Shown here one piece after another: positions 62,101 to 64,000 of a DNA stretch of 64,000 bases. The stretch lies in NCBI RefSeq assembly GCF_018350175.1, contig NC_058383.1, positions 22,942,001 to 23,006,000 of the forward strand, given 5' to 3'. Source of the DNA: Felis catus (taxonomy: Eukaryota). The notes beneath the pieces are model-generated. The model ran no database searches and was not told the DNA's origin. It worked only from the letters and a program-made list of their open reading frames with translations. A program made the translations under genes and the position numbers. The first letter of the stretch is position 1, and the number at the start of each line of letters is the position of its first letter.

Positions 62101-63180
62101 CTAGTGTCCAGAAGTCAGTGCAACCACTCAAGGACATCAGTTTCCTGTTTGGCTTCACCATCCTAGCATGTCAGAGTCACACAATGGCTGCTGCCTCCTC
62201 AGGTCTGGAATCTACCTTCCTGGGAGGAAGAAGAAGCAAGTGACAAGATGGAAGGGATAGCACCTAGATCAGGAAAGAAAAATATTCCCAGAAATCTCTA
62301 CAGTCTTCTGTTTCATTTCAGTCATCAGAACTGGGTCTAGTTACTCCTAGATGCTGGGGAGGTGAAGATGGAATTTTTAAGCTGGGTAGATTGCTGCTCC
62401 AAACAAAATCTGAGTTCTATTGGTAAATCCTAGAGGAGAATAGTAGGTGGGAAGCTAGCAGTGACAGCCACAGTGTAGAAAAGGATTTAGTACTTTCATA
62501 AGACCACGTACTCCTTGAACCCTCTCACTATGGTTTTTCTAAACAGTTTTTATTTAATTTAGTGTTTTATGTTATTTTGGCTATGTAAATATTATTCCAC
62601 ACTGATCTGTGAGGTGTGCTATGATTGAATTTCCTCTCTTGGTCAACTTTTGTGTTTTTCTTGGAGTTATTGTGGTTTCTTGTTTTTGTTTGCTTAGTTT
62701 TCTATGTCACTGTCTCTAACTCTTCCTAAACTTTCCAACAGAATTGCAAAACCTCACTAAAAAAAGAATTTTTTTTCATGCAGTCAGACACATGGTTTCC
62801 CTTTTTTTCACCCTTAGATACTTCTTTCCTGGAGACTTTTTGTAATCTTACTCAGTCTGAACTAGGATTTTTTTTCTCTAAGCATTCTGAAATTTTTTTT
62901 AGTCTCTCCCTGTGTCCCTGTTGTCTCTAGTTCTTATGGTTTAATCCTTCATTTTGGTTGATTATATTTTCCAGTAGCCTCCTGACAAAGCAGCCATAGG
63001 AAGTACATTTTTTCAGGCATTGGGTGAAAACACCTTTATTCCCTCCTTGCACTTGATTGATACAATTTTTATGGGAAAGAATTCTAGATTGATAATAATG
63101 ACCCCTCATTAGTGCGAAGGCATCACTTTATCATGTTTAGCTTCTTGTGCTGCTTTTGAAAGTCTAATTAAAGATTCTGA

Positions 63181-63182
63181 TT

Positions 63183-63230
<48 letters not shown>
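63181..63230. repeat. (TTTC)n tetranucleotide microsatellite
   Basis: Read directly from the sequence. Confidence 0.95.
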
Positions 63231-63232
<2 letters not shown>

Positions 63233-64000
63233 TCTCTCTTGGTGACACTGTAGCCTTTTCCCTCTATGAAAGTTTTTAAGATATTTTTGTTCTTGGCATT
63301 CTAAAATTTCCCAATTATATGCCCTGGTAAGGATTTTTTCAAATACATTGTGCTGGGTATTTTTAATCTAGATGCTTATGTTCTTCAGTCCTGGACATTG
63401 TTTTCTATTACTTCCTGGTGGAAAATACTGTCTCTTTCTAGAAGTCCTGCCCAGTTGATTATTGAACTACAGTGAATTATGTCTCTAATTTCATTAGCTT
63501 TTTAAAAATTCTGCTTTTTAGGAGATTTCTGCAACTTTATCTTCCAACTCTTTTGTTCAATTTTAAATTTCTTCTATTGCAACTTTAATTTCCAAAAGCC
63601 ATTTTTTTAAATAATGTCATTGTTTTATAGATACAATATCTTTTCAAACATGCTAAGTATAATTTTAAATAAGTAAATTTTCTTCAGCTCTCTGCTTTGT
63701 CTCAATGTCCTTCAAGTTTCTTCTTCTTCTTTATTTATTTATTTATTTATTTGCTTGTTTTGCCTGTCTTTCAAAATTAAGGGGTTTCCTTAAACATCTG
63801 AGGATTTTGAGCTGACTATTCATCTTTAACAGTGAGGTATTAAAAAATTGTGGATGTGACTTTTTAACTCAGAAGGCTCCAATGTAAGGTGTTCAGAGGA
63901 GTTCAGCCATTTGTGTCAGAATCCAAATGTCACTGTCTTTTATCAAGCCCTGTCTATTTCTCTAGAAAAGAATGCCAATTTCCTGCCAACTGTCATCTGC

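Noticed and set aside
1..64000. CRISPR arrays, operons, a second protein-coding gene or a processed pseudogene
   Set aside because: No regular repeat-spacer array and no other spliceable or recognisable coding sequence was found. SCNN1B and USP31, the human neighbours, are not visible in this window.

Overview
Mammalian genomic DNA, almost certainly from a felid (dense tRNA-derived CAN-SINE/SINEC_Fc-type elements and carnivore-type L1). The window contains one complete gene, SCNN1G (epithelial sodium channel gamma subunit), on the minus strand. I traced a probable non-coding exon 1 in a CpG island (~47.8-47.9 kb) and 12 coding exons (43974 down to 22291). All coding-exon junctions are GT-AG and in phase, giving 1941 nt of CDS and an intact 646-aa protein. 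The rest is intronic or intergenic DNA made mostly of SINEs, L1/L2/MIR, old LTRs and DNA-transposon fossils. I found no prokaryote-style system (CRISPR, operon) and no second gene I can support. The most notable observations are: (1) an N-glycosylation sequon abutting the furin activation site; (2) a 6-aa C-tail deletion relative to human; (3) a candidate uORF in exon 1; (4) a TSD-flanked, 3'-truncated (internally primed) L1 upstream of the promoter carrying CTCF, NRF1 and YY1 motifs; (5) a templated copy of part of that L1 inside a SINE; (6) an L1 with a short 3' transduction; (7) inverted young SINE pairs bracketing exons. Repeat family names and cross-species comparisons come from recall, not from a database search.
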